64,000 bases of DNA, taken from Alphaproteobacteria bacterium (GTDB lineage: Bacteria > Pseudomonadota > Alphaproteobacteria > MPNO01). Every line of letters begins with the position of its first letter. Positions within the stretch are counted from its first letter, which is position 1. The notes under the pieces were generated by a model. That model did no database searches and was not told the origin of the DNA. It saw only the letters and a program-made list of their open reading frames with translations. This document shows positions 14,649-27,365 of the stretch, in pieces. The stretch lies in the NCBI GenBank assembly GCA_964291675.2, contig OZ219866.1, positions 1,120,001 through 1,184,000 of the forward strand. Direction: 5' to 3'. The position numbers and the translations under genes were made by a program.

Positions 14649-17600
14649 ATGGAACTGGCTGAGGTCACGCTCGACGACAAATACGCGCTGGAGTCGGGCC
14701 GGGTCTACATGACCGGGACCCAGGCGCTGGTCCGCCTGCCGCTGATGCAGCGCCGCCGCGACCTCGCGGCGGGGCTCGACACGGCGGGGTTCATCTCGGG
14801 CTATCGCGGCTCGCCGCTCGCCGGCTACGACACCGCGCTGTGGCGCGCCAAAGGCTTCCTGGAGGACAACCACGTCCATTTCGAGCCCGGCGTCAACGAG
14901 GACCTCGCGGCGACCGCCGTCTGGGGCTCGCAGCAGGTGAACCTGTTCCTCGGCGGGCGCTATGACGGGGTGTTCGCGATCTGGTACGGCAAGGGCCCGG
15001 GGCTCGACCGGTCGATGGACGCGATGCGCCACGCGTCTGCCGCCGGGACCTCGCTCCATGGCGGCGTCCTCGCTCTGGTGGGCGACGACCACGGCGCGGT
15101 CTCCTCGACCCTGCCGACCCAGTCCGAGCACAACTTCGCGGCGATGATGATGCCCGTCCTGCACCCCGCCTCGGTGCAGGAATATCTCGATTTCGGGCTG
15201 ATCGGCTGGGCCATGTCGCGCTACTCGGGCAGCTGGATCGGCTTCAAGTGCCTGACCGAGACGGTCGAGAGCTCGGCCAGCGTCGCCGTGGACGAAGCCC
15301 GGGTCGCGATCGCGATCCCGGCCGACGAGCCGCCGTCGGATGTCGCGATCCGGCTCGGCGAGGATCGCCTCCAGGTCGAGGCCAGGCTGCAGGAGGACAA
15401 GGTCTATGCCGCGCTCCGCTTCGCCCGGGCGAACCGCATCGACCGGCTGGTGTGGGACAGCCCGAAGCCGCGCTTCGGCATCCTGACCGCCGGCAAGTCC
15501 TATCTCGACGTGCGCCAGGCGCTCGACGATCTCGGCATCGACGAGCAGGGCGCGGCGGCGCTCGGCATCCGCATCTACAAGGCGGGGATGGTGTGGCCGC
15601 TGGAGCGCTCGGGCGTGCGCGACTTCGCCGACGGGCTGGAAGAGGTGCTGGTCGTCGAGGAAAAGCGCGCGGTGATGGAGAACCAGCTCCGCGCCGAGCT
15701 CTACAACTGGAAGGAAAGCGCCAGGCCGCGCATCGTCGGCAAGTTCGACGAGGAGGGGAGCTGGCTGCTGCCGGCGGCGGGCGAGCTCACCCCGGCCATG
15801 GTCGCGAGGACCATCGCCCGGCGCATCGGGCGCTACCACACGAGCCCCCGGATCGCCGACCGCTTGGACGAGATCGAGGCCAAGGAGCGCGCGCTCTCGG
15901 GCTACGCGCCGGAGCTCCAGCGGAGCCCCTATTTCTGCTCCGGCTGCCCGCACAACCGCTCGACCAGGATCCCCGAGGGGAGCCGCGCCGAGGCGGGAAT
16001 CGGCTGCCACTGGATGGCGCTGCTGATGAACCGGGGGGCGGCGACCTTCTCCCACATGGGGGGCGAGGGGGCGAACTGGATCGGCCAGGCGCCGTTTACC
16101 GAGCAGAACCACGTCTTCGTCAATCTGGGCGACGGCACCTACCACCATTCCGGCATCCTCGCGATCCGCGCGGCGGTGAATGCCGGGGTCAACGTGACCT
16201 ACAAGGTGCTCTACAACGACGCCGTGGCGATGACCGGCGGCCAGCCCCAGCCGGTCGCCCCGCAGCAGATCGCGGCCCAGGTGCTGGCCGAGGGCGCCGC
16301 CCGTGTGGCGGTGGTCGCCGACCATCCGGGCAAGTACAACGGCCGGCCGCCCTTCCCCGGCGGGCTCAAGATCCACCATCGCGACGAGCTCGACCGCGTG
16401 CAGCGCGCACTCCGCGATGTCGCGGGCGTGACGGTGCTGATCTACGACCAGACCTGCGCCGCCGAGCTGCGCCGCCGGCGCAAGCGCGGCACCGCCCCCG
16501 ACCCCGACATCCGCGCCTTCATCAACGAGGCGGTGTGCGAGGGCTGCGGCGACTGCTCGGTCAAGTCGAACTGCGTCTCGATCGAGCCGCTGGAGACCAG
16601 ATACGGGCGCAAGCGGCGGATCAACCAGTCGGCCTGCAACAAGGACCTCTCCTGCGTCGACGGCTTCTGCCCGAGCTTCGTGACGCTCTCCGGCGCCCGC
16701 ATCCGCCGGGCGCGCGCGGGCGGCGATGCGCTGCCCGCACTGCTCGCCGGCCTGCCCGAGCCCGACCGGCCCCCGCTCGACGAGCCCTGGGACATCCTGG
16801 TGACCGGGATCGGCGGCACCGGCGTGGTCACCATCGGGGCGATCCTCGGCATGGCCGCCCATCTGGAGGGCAAGGGCGTGACCGTGCTCGACCAGTCGGG
16901 GCTCGCCCAGAAGAACGGCGCGGTGGTGAGCCATGTCCGTATCGCCGCCGCGCCGGAGGATTTGCACGCGGTGCGCATCGCGGCGGGGAAGGCGCGGCTG
17001 CTGCTGGGCTGCGACGCGGTGACGGCGGGCAGCTTCGATGCGCTGGCCAAGCTCGGACGCGGGCGCACGCGGGCGGTGGTCAACAGCGATGTCGCCCCGA
17101 CCGCGGCGTTCACGCTGGACGGCGATGCCCCGTTCGACACAGGCGCGCTGTTCGACGCGATCCGCGACGCGGCGGGCCACAACCTGACCGAGCCGGTCGC
17201 CGCCACGCGGACCGCCACCGCGCTCTTGGGCGACGCCATCGCGACCAACATGTTCATGGTGGGCTATGCCGCCCAGCGCGGGCTGATCCCGGTCTCGCTG
17301 GCTGCGCTCGACCGCGCGATCGAGCTCAACGGCGTGGCCGTCGAGGCGAACCGGGAGGCGCTGGGCTGGGGCCGCGTGCAGGCGGCCCGGCCGGAGGCGG
17401 TGGCCGACGCGCTCGCCGAGGCCGGCATCGCACCGGAGGAGGACCGGCGCCCGGAGACTCTGGAGGAGATCGTCGAGGACCGGGCCGCGCTGCTCACCGC
17501 CTGGCAGGACGCGGCCTACGCCGAACGCTACCGCGCGCTGGTGGCGCGCGCCGGGGCGGCGGATGATCCCTCGGGCGACGGCTCCGGGGCGTTCGCTCTC

Positions 17601-18140
17601 GCGGTCGCGCGCAACGCCGCCAAGGTGATGGCCTACAAGGACGAGTACGAGGTCGCCCGGCTCTATGTCGACCCCGGCTTCATGGCGAAGCTGAGGGCGC
17701 AGTTCGAGGGCGATTTCCGGCTCTCCTTCCACCTCGCCTTGCCGCTCTTGCGCCGCCCCGACCCGACGACCGGGGAGCCCGGGAAGCGCAGCTTCGGGCC
17801 GTGGACGCTGACCGCCTTCCGCCTGCTCGCGCGGATGAAGGGTTTGCGCGGCGGGCCGTTCGATCCCTTCGCGCGCAGCCCCGACCGGCGCCTGGAGCGG
17901 GAGTTGGTGGACTGGTATCTCGCCCTGGCGGACGAGCTCGCGGGCGGGCTCGACCGGGGGAACTACGAGACCGCGCTCGCGCTCGCCTCCCTGCCGGAGA
18001 AGATCCGGGGCTACGGCCCGGTCAAGGCGCGGAGCGTCGAGGAAGCGAGGCGCCGCGAGGCCGAGCTCCGACGTTCCTGGCCGCGGGCGGAGGCGCGGGT
18101 GACGGGCGCGGAAGAGGCGGAGCTCATTCCGGCCAGGTGA
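14649..18140 (+). CDS. Indolepyruvate ferredoxin oxidoreductase, fused alpha/beta type
   Basis: [50 protein letters not shown]. Confidence 0.93.
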   Translation: MELAEVTLDDKYALESGRVYMTGTQALVRLPLMQRRRDLAAGLDTAGFISGYRGSPLAGYDTALWRAKGFLEDNHVHFEPGVNEDLAATAVWGSQQVNLFLGGRYDGVFAIWYGKGPGLDRSMDAMRHASAAGTSLHGGVLALVGDDHGAVSSTLPTQSEHNFAAMMMPVLHPASVQEYLDFGLIGWAMSRYSGSWIGFKCLTETVESSASVAVDEARVAIAIPADEPPSDVAIRLGEDRLQVEARLQEDKVYAALRFARANRIDRLVWDSPKPRFGILTAGKSYLDVRQALDDLGIDEQGAAALGIRIYKAGMVWPLERSGVRDFADGLEEVLVVEEKRAVMENQLRAELYNWKESARPRIVGKFDEEGSWLLPAAGELTPAMVARTIARRIGRYHTSPRIADRLDEIEAKERALSGYAPELQRSPYFCSGCPHNRSTRIPEGSRAEAGIGCHWMALLMNRGAATFSHMGGEGANWIGQAPFTEQNHVFVNLGDGTYHHSGILAIRAAVNAGVNVTYKVLYNDAVAMTGGQPQPVAPQQIAAQVLAEGAARVAVVADHPGKYNGRPPFPGGLKIHHRDELDRVQRALRDVAGVTVLIYDQTCAAELRRRRKRGTAPDPDIRAFINEAVCEGCGDCSVKSNCVSIEPLETRYGRKRRINQSACNKDLSCVDGFCPSFVTLSGARIRRARAGGDALPALLAGLPEPDRPPLDEPWDILVTGIGGTGVVTIGAILGMAAHLEGKGVTVLDQSGLAQKNGAVVSHVRIAAAPEDLHAVRIAAGKARLLLGCDAVTAGSFDALAKLGRGRTRAVVNSDVAPTAAFTLDGDAPFDTGALFDAIRDAAGHNLTEPVAATRTATALLGDAIATNMFMVGYAAQRGLIPVSLAALDRAIELNGVAVEANREALGWGRVQAARPEAVADALAEAGIAPEEDRRPETLEEIVEDRAALLTAWQDAAYAERYRALVARAGAADDPSGDGSGAFALAVARNAAKVMAYKDEYEVARLYVDPGFMAKLRAQFEGDFRLSFHLALPLLRRPDPTTGEPGKRSFGPWTLTAFRLLARMKGLRGGPFDPFARSPDRRLERELVDWYLALADELAGGLDRGNYETALALASLPEKIRGYGPVKARSVEEARRREAELRRSWPRAEARVTGAEEAELIPAR

Positions 18141-18558
18141 CGATGCGCTCCTCGGGATCGTCGCCGCGGCGTTCCGGCACCACGCGGCCGCGCACCGAGA
18201 TGCCGGCCCGGTGCACGGTCTCCGGGTCGCCCGAGACCAGCGGGTGCCACCAGGCGAGCTCCCGCCCCTCGGCGAGCAGCCGGTAGGCGCAGGTCGACGG
18301 CAGCCAGCCCAGCTTGCGCACCCGTTCCGGCGTGAGGTCGACGCAATCGGGCACCAGACGCAGCCGCTGGCGGTAGCGCGTGCAGCGGCAGGTCCCGGGA
18401 TCGAGCAGGCGGCAGGCGATGTCGGTATAGGCGATCTCGCCGGTATCGGCGTCTTCCAGCTTCACCAGGCAGCAGCGCGCGCAGCCGTCGCAGAGCGCCT
18501 CCCACTCCTCGCGCGTCATCTCCTCCAGCGTCTTGGTCCGCCAGTAGGGCTCGCCCAT
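18124..18558 (-). CDS. YcgN family cysteine cluster protein
   Basis: [22 protein letters not shown]. Confidence 0.93.
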   Translation of the reverse strand: MGEPYWRTKTLEEMTREEWEALCDGCARCCLVKLEDADTGEIAYTDIACRLLDPGTCRCTRYRQRLRLVPDCVDLTPERVRKLGWLPSTCAYRLLAEGRELAWWHPLVSGDPETVHRAGISVRGRVVPERRGDDPEERIVTWPE

Positions 18559-18568
18559 CGCGCGCGCC

Positions 18569-19159
18569 TCAGGACACCAGCTCGCGCAGCCGCTTCGCCA
18601 TCGTCTCGGGCGCGGTGCCGTGGCTGAAATGGGTGAGGTAGCGCCCGTCGGGGTCCATCAGGTAGATCACCGAGGAGTGGTCCATCAGGTAGTTCTCGCC
18701 CGCCTTGGGGTCCTCGACCTTGGCGTAGTAGACCCGGTAGACGCGGGCCGCCTTGCTCACCTGGGCGGGCGAGCCGGAGAGCCCGACCAGCCGCGGGTGG
18801 AAGTTGGCGACATAGTCCTTCAGCACCCTGGGCGTGTCGCGGTCCGGGTCGATGGTGATGAACAAGGGCTGCACCCGGGCCGCGTCGGGGCCGAGCTCGT
18901 CGAGCGCGATCAGCATGTCGGCGAGCGCCGTCGGGCACACGTCGGGGCAGAAGCTGTAGCCGAAATAGATCAGCGCGTGGCGGCCCCTGAAATCCGCCTC
19001 GGTGCGTTCCTGCCCGGTGTGGTCGACCAGGGTGAACGCCCCGCCGATGCGCGCGATCCCGCCGCCGTCCTCGCGCCACACATAGACCGCGACGATGGCC
19101 GCCAGCGCGACCGCCATGAACACGGTTGCGAGGATGATCGTGACCTTGCGATCGGACAT
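18569..19159 (-). CDS. SCO1/SenC copper chaperone
   Basis: [22 protein letters not shown]; N-terminal TM. Confidence 0.95.
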   Translation of the reverse strand: MSDRKVTIILATVFMAVALAAIVAVYVWREDGGGIARIGGAFTLVDHTGQERTEADFRGRHALIYFGYSFCPDVCPTALADMLIALDELGPDAARVQPLFITIDPDRDTPRVLKDYVANFHPRLVGLSGSPAQVSKAARVYRVYYAKVEDPKAGENYLMDHSSVIYLMDPDGRYLTHFSHGTAPETMAKRLRELVS

Positions 19160-19446
19160 CGGGCGCTCGCCTTGGGGCAGGGGCTGGTAGGAATTTAGGG
19201 CGGTGAGGGCGGGTTGGCTACGGGCCAGGCGATCGCGCCGAGGGCGAGCAGCGCAGCCGGGGCAATCGCTGGGCTGCGCCAGAGATGGGTTCGGCATCGT
19301 CGGTTTGTCGAGCCCACATTCCAGACAGCCTCGGCTCACAGGATGGAGATGCCGGCGATCGGGGTCCCGGCCAACGACACAACCGACGACCGGCTGACGG
19401 GCGGGACTTCCCTTTCGACCCCGCCGGGGTAATTCTTTCAGGCATC

Positions 19447-19827
19447 ATGCCTGTCCTCGGCCGAATCCTGCTCTACGTCCGCGACATCGACGCCGTGTCC
19501 GAATTCTACGAATGCCATTTCGGTTTCCGAATTCACCGGGAACGGGGCGATCGCGTCGTGGAGCTGCAGAGCCCCGCCGGCGCCGGCAGCGATATCGTGC
19601 TTCATCCCCTTGGCCGTGGGCGCAAAGCCGGTCAGTCCGTCGCCAAGCTGGTCTTCGATGTCGCCGACGTCGAAGCGTTTTGCGCCCGCGCTGCCGAACG
19701 CGGGCTCCAATTCGGCACCGTACACAAGGCCGACGGTTATGTTTTCGCCAATGCCAAGGACCCTGCGGGCAACGCCATATCCGTATCGAGCCGCGCCTAC
19801 CGGCACGGCACGTCCGGAGACGACTGA
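19447..19827 (+). CDS. VOC/glyoxalase family protein
   Basis: ILLYVRDI..FY..HFG, KDPAGN. Confidence 0.8.
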   Translation: MPVLGRILLYVRDIDAVSEFYECHFGFRIHRERGDRVVELQSPAGAGSDIVLHPLGRGRKAGQSVAKLVFDVADVEAFCARAAERGLQFGTVHKADGYVFANAKDPAGNAISVSSRAYRHGTSGDD

Positions 19828-19849
19828 CGATATCGGGCCATGGCGGCCC

Positions 19850-21040
19850 TTACCGATCGAGCGCGGCGACGCCGGGCAGGGTCTTGCCCTCCAGCCATTC
19901 GAGGAACGCCCCGCCGGCGGTGGACAGGTAGCTGAAATCCTCCGCCACCCCGGCGTGGGAGAGCGCGGCGAGGGTATCGCCGCCGCCGGCGACGCTGCGC
20001 AGCGACCCCGCCCTGGTAAGCGTCGCGGCGGCCCGCGCAACCGCGACCGTCGCCGCGTCGAAGGGCGGCATCTCGAAGGCGCCGAGCGGGCCGTTCCACA
20101 CCAGGGTCCGGCAGTCCCCGAGCCGGTCGGCGAGCGCGCTCGCGGTGGCCGGGCCGAGGTCGAGGATCATCGCATCATCGGGCACCGCGGCGACCGGCAC
20201 CGTGTCCGCCGGCGCGCCGGCTTCGAGCGCGCGGGCGACGACGACATCGGACGGCAGCGCCACCTCGCACCCGGCGTCGTCCGCACCGGCAAGGATGGCG
20301 CGGGCGGCGCCCGCCATGCCGGGTTCGCAGAGCGATGCGCCGACATCGGTGCCGAGCGCATGCAGGAAGGTGTTGGCCATCGCGCCGCCGATGGCCAGGA
20401 TATCGACCCTGGCCGCGAGATTGCCCAGCAGGTCGAGCTTGGTCGAGACCTTGGCGCCGCCGACGATGGCCGCCAGCGGCCGGTCCGGCGTCGTCAGCGC
20501 CCCCTCCAGCGCCTTGAGTTCGGCCTCCATCGACCGCCCCGCGGCGGCGGGCAGCAGGCGGGCGAGGCCGGTCGTCGAGGCGTGCGCGCGGTGGGCGGCG
20601 GAGAAGGCGTCGTTGACGTAGACGTCGCCGAGCGCGGCGAGCGCCGCGGCGAAGCCGGGATCGTTCTCCTCCTCTCCCGCATGAAAGCGGAGGTTCTCCA
20701 GCAGCAGCACCTCGCCCGGGCCGAGCGCCGCCGCCGCCTGTTCGGCGAGCGGGCCCACGCAGTCCCCGGCGAAGGCGACGCGCCGCCCGCCGAGCGCCCG
20801 GCTCAGCGGCTCGGCGAGCGCATCGAGCGACAGCGCGGCCACGCGCTCTCCGCCGGGCCGGCCGAAATGCGACAGCAGGACGACCGAGGCGCCGCTCGCG
20901 CAGATCTCCTCGACGGTGGGCGCGAGGCGGTCGAGGCGGGCGCTGTCGGCGACCGCGCCGTCCTTCATGGGGACGTTGAGGTCGCCGCGCAGCAGCACCC
21001 GCTTCCCGGCGAGGTCGAGCCCGTCCAGCGAGCGCGGCAT
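19850..21040 (-). CDS. pgk: Phosphoglycerate kinase
   Basis: [29 protein letters not shown]. Confidence 0.98.
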   Translation of the reverse strand: MPRSLDGLDLAGKRVLLRGDLNVPMKDGAVADSARLDRLAPTVEEICASGASVVLLSHFGRPGGERVAALSLDALAEPLSRALGGRRVAFAGDCVGPLAEQAAAALGPGEVLLLENLRFHAGEEENDPGFAAALAALGDVYVNDAFSAAHRAHASTTGLARLLPAAAGRSMEAELKALEGALTTPDRPLAAIVGGAKVSTKLDLLGNLAARVDILAIGGAMANTFLHALGTDVGASLCEPGMAGAARAILAGADDAGCEVALPSDVVVARALEAGAPADTVPVAAVPDDAMILDLGPATASALADRLGDCRTLVWNGPLGAFEMPPFDAATVAVARAAATLTRAGSLRSVAGGGDTLAALSHAGVAEDFSYLSTAGGAFLEWLEGKTLPGVAALDR

Positions 21041-21053
21041 CGCCCGCGCCGGC

Positions 21054-22064
21054 TCAGCCGAGCCGGCCGAGCGCGGCGGCCACGTCGATCATCCGGTTGG
21101 AGAAGCCCCACTCGTTGTCGTACCAGCTCAGCACCCGGACCAGGGTTCCGTCGATCACCTGGGTCTGGGTGAGGTCGAACACCGAGCTCGCCGCGTTGTG
21201 GTTGAAGTCGGCCGAGACCAGCGGCGCGTCGTTGGTCGCGAGCACGCCCTTGAGCCGCCTCGACTTCGCCGCCTTCTGGATCGCCGCGTTGATTTCGTCG
21301 GCGGTCGTCCTGCGCCGGGCGACGAACTTGAAGTCGATCATCGAGACGTTTTGGGTAGGCACCCGGATCGCGGTGCCGTCGAGCTTGCCGTCGAGCTCGG
21401 GCAGGACCCGCCCCACCGCCTTGGCGGCGCCGGTCGAGGTCGGGATCAGCGACTGGCCCGCCGCGCGGGCGCGCCGCAAATCGCTGTGCAGGGTGTCCAG
21501 GATGCGCTGGTCGCCGGTATAGGCGTGGACCGTCGTCATATAGCCCTTCGAGACGCCCACCGCCCTGTCGAGCACCGCGGCGACCGGGGCGAGGCAGTTG
21601 GTGGTGCAGGAGGCGTTGGACACCACCCGGTGCGACTTGCGCAGCCGGTTGTCGTTCACCCCGTAGACGACGGTGATGTCCTCGTCGGTCGCGGGCGCCG
21701 AGATCAGCACGCGCCCGGCGCCGGCGGCGAGGTGCTTCTCCGCATCCGCGCGCCTGGTGAACAGCCCGGTGCACTCCAGCGCCACGTCGACGCCGAGCTT
21801 CGCCCAGGGGAGGTTCGCCGGGTCGCGCTCGGCGAACACCCGGATGGCATCGCCGTTCACGTTGAACCCGGTCCTGGCGACCCTGATACGGGCGTCGAAT
21901 CGCCCGTGGCTCGAATCGTATTCCAGCAGATGGGCATTGACCTCGGGCGAGCCGAGATCGTTGATCGCAACCACCCGGATGTCGTCGCGTCCCGATTCGT
22001 AGAGCGCGCGCAGCACCAGCCGCCCGATGCGTCCGAACCCGTTGATCGCGACCTGTACCGCCAT
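21054..22064 (-). CDS. gap: Glyceraldehyde-3-phosphate dehydrogenase type I
   Basis: [26 protein letters not shown]. Confidence 0.98.
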   Translation of the reverse strand: MAVQVAINGFGRIGRLVLRALYESGRDDIRVVAINDLGSPEVNAHLLEYDSSHGRFDARIRVARTGFNVNGDAIRVFAERDPANLPWAKLGVDVALECTGLFTRRADAEKHLAAGAGRVLISAPATDEDITVVYGVNDNRLRKSHRVVSNASCTTNCLAPVAAVLDRAVGVSKGYMTTVHAYTGDQRILDTLHSDLRRARAAGQSLIPTSTGAAKAVGRVLPELDGKLDGTAIRVPTQNVSMIDFKFVARRRTTADEINAAIQKAAKSRRLKGVLATNDAPLVSADFNHNAASSVFDLTQTQVIDGTLVRVLSWYDNEWGFSNRMIDVAAALGRLG

Positions 22065-22080
22065 GTCGTCTCCTCCCGGA

Positions 22081-24108
22081 TTACGCTGTTAGCCGCGCCC
22101 GCGCCGCGTCCGCCACCGCGCCCGGCGTCAACCCGAAATGCCGGTAGAGGTCGCCATGCGGGGCGGACGCGCCGAACCCCGTCATGCCGACGAACCCGCC
22201 ATCCGGGCCGAGATAGCGTTCCCAGCCGAGCCGGCAGGCGGCCTCCACCCCGACGCGCACGGCATCCCCGCCGAGCACCGCCTCGCGCCACGCGGCCGGC
22301 TGCTCGTCGAAGAGCTCCCAGCAGGGGAGCGAGCTCACCTGCGTCGGGATTCCCTCGCCTTCGAGGATCTTTCCGGCTTCGACCGCGATCGAGACCTCCG
22401 ATCCGGTGGCGAGCAGCGCCACGCGTGGCGCGCCGCCGCTCGCCGGAACCAGCACGTAGCCGCCCTTGGCGCCGAGACCCTTGTCGTGGTCCGGGCCGCG
22501 CAGCGCCGGCAGCGCCTGGCGCGTCAGCGCGAGCACCGAGGGCCCGCCGCGATGCGCCAGCGCGGCGGCCCAGCACTCGGCCGTCTCCACCGCGTCGGCG
22601 GGGCGGAAGACGCAGAGATTGGGCATCGCCCGCAGGCTCGCCAGATGCTCGACCGGCTGGTGGGTCGGGCCGTCCTCGCCGAGCCCGATCGAATCGTGGG
22701 TCAGCACGTAGATCGCCTGCTTGCCCATCAGCGCGGCGAGGCGGAGCGCCGGCCTGAGATAGTCGGAGAAGATCAGGAAGGTCCCGGCATAGGGGAGGAT
22801 GCCGCCATGCAGCGCCATCCCGTTCATCGCCGCGGCCATGCCGTGCTCGCGCACGCCGTAGTGGATGTAGCGGCCGGAGAAATCGTCGCCGGTGACGATG
22901 CCGACGCCCTCGAACAGCGTGTTGTTCGACCCCGTGAGGTCGGCCGAACCGCCGACCAGCTCGGGCAGCAGCGGCGCGACGACGTTGAGCACCGCGCCGG
23001 AAGACTGGCGCGTGGCGCGCCTGGGCGCGGCTTCGATCAGCTCGTCGACATGCGCGTCGAGCGCCGCCTTCCAGACATCCGCCGGCTCGCCCGCCATCGC
23101 GCGGTTGAACGCCGCCCTCCGGTCCGCGGGCAGGGCGTCGATGCGCGCGCGCCAGGCCGCGCGCGCCGGTCCCGACCGCGCCCCCGCCGCGCGCCAGGCG
23201 GCGAGCACGTCGTCGGGCACGGCAAACGGCGGCAGGTCCCAGCCGAGCGCCTCGCGCGCGCCGGCGATCTCTTCGGCGCCGAGCGGCGCGCCGTGCGCGC
23301 CGGCGGTGCCCGCCTTGTTCGGCGCGCCGAAGCCGATCACCGTCCGGCAGGCGATCAGCGACGGGCGCTCGTCGGCGAGCGCGGTGTCGATGGCGGCGGC
23401 GACGGAGTCCATGTCGTGGCCGTCGGCCGCGACCGTATGCCAGCCATAGGCCCGGAACCGCGCCGGCACGTCGTCGCCGACGGAAAGCGCGGTCGGGCCG
23501 TCGATCGAGATCGAATTGTCGTCGAACAGCACGATCAGCTTGCCGAGGCCGAGATGGCCGGCGAGCGAGGCGGCCTCGTGGCTCACCCCCTCCATCAAAT
23601 CGCCGTCCGAGGCGATCGCCCAGGTCCGGTGGTCGACCGCCGCGTCGCCGAAGCGGGCGGCCAGCATGCGCTCCGCCAGCGCCATGCCGACCGCTGCCGC
23701 GATCCCCTGTCCGAGCGGCCCCGTCGTGGTCTCGATTCCCGCCGCGTGGCCGTATTCCGGGTGGCCCGCGGTGCGGCTGCCGAGTTGGCGGAACCGGCGG
23801 ATCTCGTCCATCGTCATGTCGGGATAGCCGGTCAGGTGGAGCAGCGCGTAGAGCAGCATCGAGCCGTGGCCGGCCGACAGGACGAAACGGTCGCGGTCGG
23901 GCCAGTCGGGCGCGGAAGCGTCGAATTTCAGATAGCGCGTGAACAGCACCGTCGCCGCGTCGGCCATTCCCATCGGCATTCCGGGATGGCCGGACCGGGC
24001 CGCTTCCACCGCGTCCATGGCGAGCGCGCGGATCGCGTTGGCCATGCGCTCCGGGGCGACGCGGGCGGCGCAACCCTCGGTCGATGCTGGTTGGGTCCTG
24101 GTCGGCAT
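22081..24108 (-). CDS. tkt: Transketolase
   Basis: [34 protein letters not shown]. Confidence 0.98.
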   Translation of the reverse strand: MPTRTQPASTEGCAARVAPERMANAIRALAMDAVEAARSGHPGMPMGMADAATVLFTRYLKFDASAPDWPDRDRFVLSAGHGSMLLYALLHLTGYPDMTMDEIRRFRQLGSRTAGHPEYGHAAGIETTTGPLGQGIAAAVGMALAERMLAARFGDAAVDHRTWAIASDGDLMEGVSHEAASLAGHLGLGKLIVLFDDNSISIDGPTALSVGDDVPARFRAYGWHTVAADGHDMDSVAAAIDTALADERPSLIACRTVIGFGAPNKAGTAGAHGAPLGAEEIAGAREALGWDLPPFAVPDDVLAAWRAAGARSGPARAAWRARIDALPADRRAAFNRAMAGEPADVWKAALDAHVDELIEAAPRRATRQSSGAVLNVVAPLLPELVGGSADLTGSNNTLFEGVGIVTGDDFSGRYIHYGVREHGMAAAMNGMALHGGILPYAGTFLIFSDYLRPALRLAALMGKQAIYVLTHDSIGLGEDGPTHQPVEHLASLRAMPNLCVFRPADAVETAECWAAALAHRGGPSVLALTRQALPALRGPDHDKGLGAKGGYVLVPASGGAPRVALLATGSEVSIAVEAGKILEGEGIPTQVSSLPCWELFDEQPAAWREAVLGGDAVRVGVEAACRLGWERYLGPDGGFVGMTGFGASAPHGDLYRHFGLTPGAVADAARARLTA

Positions 24109-24243
24109 GACGGTCTCACACTGAGGAGCGAGGGCGTGCGGTTTCGCGCGATGAAAGGTAATCGAATCGGGACCCGTTGGGGCGCCGCAATGTGTCTCCG
24201 ACGCGGCGGCGATGCAAGCCCGTCGGGTGTCTGCGGGGCGTAT

Positions 24244-25770
24244 TCAGCGCGCCAGGGTGGCGAGCTTCACGCCGAGCCTCGCGCGGCGGGTGAGCCACGG
24301 GCTCGGGCGGTAGCGCGGATCGCGGTAGAAGTCGTGCAGCGCGTCCAGGATGGCGAGCACCTTGGCCGGGCCGAGATAATCGCCCCAGGCGATCGGCCCG
24401 CGCGGATAGGCGAGGCCGAGCTCGACCGCCGCGTCGATATCGGCCGGGGTGGCGATGCCCTGCTGGGCGATGTCGCAGCCGATATTGACGATGGTCGCGA
24501 TCACCCGCTGGGCGACGAAGCCCGGGCTGTCGGTGATCGCGGTGACCGGCGTGCCGTCGGCGGCGAGCAGCGCATGCGCCAGGTCGCGCCAGCGCGGCTC
24601 GGTTACCGGTGTGGTCATCAGCGTGCGCCTTCCGTCGAGCCCGAACGCGGTGTCGACCGCCACCGTGCGCTCCGCCGGCAGGCCCTGATCGAGCGCGGTC
24701 GTGGTCGCGTCCGTTCCCGTCGGGGTGACGATGCAGAGCGACCCCGGGCCGGGGCTCGCGCCGCTCTCGACGGTCGCCGCGTCGGCGATGGCGGCGATCA
24801 CCGCCTGCTGGCCCTCGGGATCGGCCGGGCTCACCCAGACCGGGGCGGGCGCGGCTTCCGGCACCGGCGCGGTCTCCGCCGCGGTCTTCCTGCCATCCTC
24901 ATAGGCGTAGAAGCCGCGCCCCGTCTTGCGCCCGTAGAGCCCCGCCGCCATGCGCTGGCGGGCGATCGGCACTGGGCGGAAGCGCGGCTCCTCGTAGAAC
25001 TGGCGGTAGATCGATTCCATCACCACGCCGGATACGTCGAGCCCGGTGATGTCCATCAGCTCGAAGGGACCCATGCGGAACCGCGTGCCGCCCTCGCGCA
25101 GCACGTCGTCGACGTCGCCGGGCGCGGCGATGCCTTCCTGGACGATCCTGAGCCCCTCGGTGCCGAACCCACGCCCGGCATGGTTGACCAGGAAGCCGGG
25201 CGAATCCTTGGCGCGCACCGGGCGGTGGCCGCAGCGCCGCGCGATGCCGTCCAGCACGTCGCCGACCCAGGGCGCGGTCAACAGCCCGTCGACCACCTCG
25301 ACCACCTTGAGCAGCGGCACCGGGTTGAAGAAGTGCCAGCCGGCCACGCGCTCCGGCCGGTCGCAATCCGCGGCGATCGCCGTGACCGAGAGCGAGGAGG
25401 TGTTGGAGGCGAGGATGCAGTCCGCCGCCACGATCTCCTCCAGCTCCGCGAACAGCCGCTGCTTGGCCTCCAGATCCTCGACGATCGCCTCCACCACGAC
25501 AGCGGCGCCGGCCATGGCGCCGAGCCCGTCGACGACTTCTAGCCGGCCGACCGCCGCTTCGGCCGCCGCCTCGGTCATGCCGCCCTTCTCCGCCGCCCGG
25601 CGCAGCATCCGCGAGACGAAGGCCACCGCTTCGGCCGCCGCGCCGGCGCGCGTGTCGAAAAGCCTGACGGCGATACCGCCCGCCGCCGCGATCTGGGCGA
25701 TGCCGCGGCCCATCGTCCCGGTGCCGACGACCCCGAGCGCGAGGGAGGGCGATTGCGGGTCGGTCGTCAT
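24244..25770 (-). CDS. 3-hydroxyacyl-CoA dehydrogenase (PaaH-like)
   Basis: GTGTMGRGIAQ, SNTSS, HFFNPVP, duplicated C-terminal domain. Confidence 0.93.
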   Translation of the reverse strand: MTTDPQSPSLALGVVGTGTMGRGIAQIAAAGGIAVRLFDTRAGAAAEAVAFVSRMLRRAAEKGGMTEAAAEAAVGRLEVVDGLGAMAGAAVVVEAIVEDLEAKQRLFAELEEIVAADCILASNTSSLSVTAIAADCDRPERVAGWHFFNPVPLLKVVEVVDGLLTAPWVGDVLDGIARRCGHRPVRAKDSPGFLVNHAGRGFGTEGLRIVQEGIAAPGDVDDVLREGGTRFRMGPFELMDITGLDVSGVVMESIYRQFYEEPRFRPVPIARQRMAAGLYGRKTGRGFYAYEDGRKTAAETAPVPEAAPAPVWVSPADPEGQQAVIAAIADAATVESGASPGPGSLCIVTPTGTDATTTALDQGLPAERTVAVDTAFGLDGRRTLMTTPVTEPRWRDLAHALLAADGTPVTAITDSPGFVAQRVIATIVNIGCDIAQQGIATPADIDAAVELGLAYPRGPIAWGDYLGPAKVLAILDALHDFYRDPRYRPSPWLTRRARLGVKLATLAR

Positions 25771-25783
25771 GGCGGTCCCCCTG

Positions 25784-26566
25784 TCAACGCCGGAAGTCCG
25801 GCGCGCGCTTCTCGCGGAACGCCGCCCGCCCTTCCGCGAAATCGGCGGTGGTGAAGTTGGAGGCCTGGCCGAGGGCTTCCATCTCGAGCGCCGCCTCGAG
25901 GCTCGTGGGCGCGAGGCCGAGCTGCTGCTTGGCGAGCGCGAAGGCGAGCGCCGGCATGGCGGCGAGCTCCCGCGCGCGCTCCAGCGCGACGGCCTCGGCC
26001 CCGCCTGCCGGGGCGAGCTCGTCGGCGAGCCCCGCCTCGACGGCTTCGGCGCCCCGCAGCATCCGGGCGTAGAGCAGGATCTGGCGCGCCCTGGCGGCGC
26101 CGACGCGTCGCGGCAGGGTATGGAGGATCGCGTAGTCGGGGATCAGCCCGACCTTGAAGAAGGGAAAGCCGATGGCGCCGGTCTCGGCGAGCACGATGGT
26201 ATCCGCCAGCAACGCGATCCCGGCGCCGGCGCCGACGGCATAGCCCTCGACGGCGGCGACGATGGGCTTCTCCGCCTCGGCGATCAGCCGCACCATGCGA
26301 TGGTTGGACTTCATGCGCGCCCGGCCCGCCCCGGCGTCGAGCCCCTCCATCGAGGCGATGTCGCCGCCGGCGCAGAAGTGCCCGCCATTGCCGGCCAGCA
26401 CCAGGGCGCGCACCGCCTTGTCCTGCAGCGCCGCGTCGATGCCCTCGATCAGCGCCAGCCTGAGCTCGGGGTCGAGCGCGTTGCGCTTCTCCGGCCGGTT
26501 GAGCCCGACCCGGGCGATCCCCTCGTCCGGCCGGTCGACGGTCAGCACGGGCAGCTCTGCGTTCAT
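25784..26566 (-). CDS. Enoyl-CoA hydratase/isomerase family
   Basis: LNRPEKRNAL, FCAGGD, DFAEGRAAFREKR. Confidence 0.93.
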   Translation of the reverse strand: MNAELPVLTVDRPDEGIARVGLNRPEKRNALDPELRLALIEGIDAALQDKAVRALVLAGNGGHFCAGGDIASMEGLDAGAGRARMKSNHRMVRLIAEAEKPIVAAVEGYAVGAGAGIALLADTIVLAETGAIGFPFFKVGLIPDYAILHTLPRRVGAARARQILLYARMLRGAEAVEAGLADELAPAGGAEAVALERARELAAMPALAFALAKQQLGLAPTSLEAALEMEALGQASNFTTADFAEGRAAFREKRAPDFRR

Positions 26567-26647
26567 GTCCTGAGCCTCGGTAGCGGGTCGGCGCGACTAT
26601 CCCGATTCGCGCGCGCGGCGACAAGGCGGGCGAGTTCGCAGCCGTCC

Positions 26648-27091
26648 TCAACTCGCGGCTTGCACCAGGAAGGGGTTTCTAACCGTCACCGTCCCGTACA
26701 TGCGGCCATGCTGAAAATCCTCGGACAGCAGCTCTTCGATCCCGTTGACTTCCGCGTAGGCCCAGAGGTGTGCGTCGAACCAGGACAGGCGGTACGCTGC
26801 CGCGCCCCGCAGCGCCGTCCGCAACACGGCTTCGTTGGGATAGAGGATCGGGCACTGCACCATGAATTCTTCGGCCTCCCGTCGCGCCACCGCAGGATCG
26901 AGCAGCCGGTCTTCCGGCCGGCCTCGGGTCGTTGCCGCGACGAACTCGACGATCGCCTGATGGGGGATGCGCAAGGTTCCCTTGTCCAGGCCGTCGCGCA
27001 GGACATCGGCGGCGATCGCCCGCTTGTCCGGGAATCGCTTGTCGTATCGATAGACGAGTATATTGGTGTCAATCAGCGTCCTGGAGGCCAC
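26648..27091 (-). CDS. PIN domain (VapC-like) toxin
   Basis: LIDTNILVY, SWFDAHL, LLSEDFQHG, NPF; GTG start overlaps antitoxin end. Confidence 0.9.
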   Translation of the reverse strand: MASRTLIDTNILVYRYDKRFPDKRAIAADVLRDGLDKGTLRIPHQAIVEFVAATTRGRPEDRLLDPAVARREAEEFMVQCPILYPNEAVLRTALRGAAAYRLSWFDAHLWAYAEVNGIEELLSEDFQHGRMYGTVTVRNPFLVQAAS

Positions 27092-27365
27092 GCTCGTAGA
27101 GCTCCTCGCGAGTCCAGCCGCGCGTTTCGGCGCGGCGTGCGGGCCGGCCTGCATCGCGCAGTCGCTGGCGTTCGGTCGCAGCGTCGAACAGGCGCAAGCG
27201 CGCCTCCCTGTCGAGGACGGCGGTCGTCGTGGCGACATTGCCGGGCACAAGGCGGATGACCTCGCCCGCCGCCTCGAAACGGATTTCGTCGCCGGGCTCG
27301 ATTCCGTAGCGCTTGGCTAGCGCCTTGGGCAGCGTGACCTGGAGCTTGCTGGTGACTTTGCTCAT
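27069..27365 (-). CDS. AbrB/MazE-fold antitoxin
   Basis: MSKVTSKLQVTLPK...GIEPGDEIRF. Confidence 0.9.
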   Translation of the reverse strand: MSKVTSKLQVTLPKALAKRYGIEPGDEIRFEAAGEVIRLVPGNVATTTAVLDREARLRLFDAATERQRLRDAGRPARRAETRGWTREELYERGLQDAD

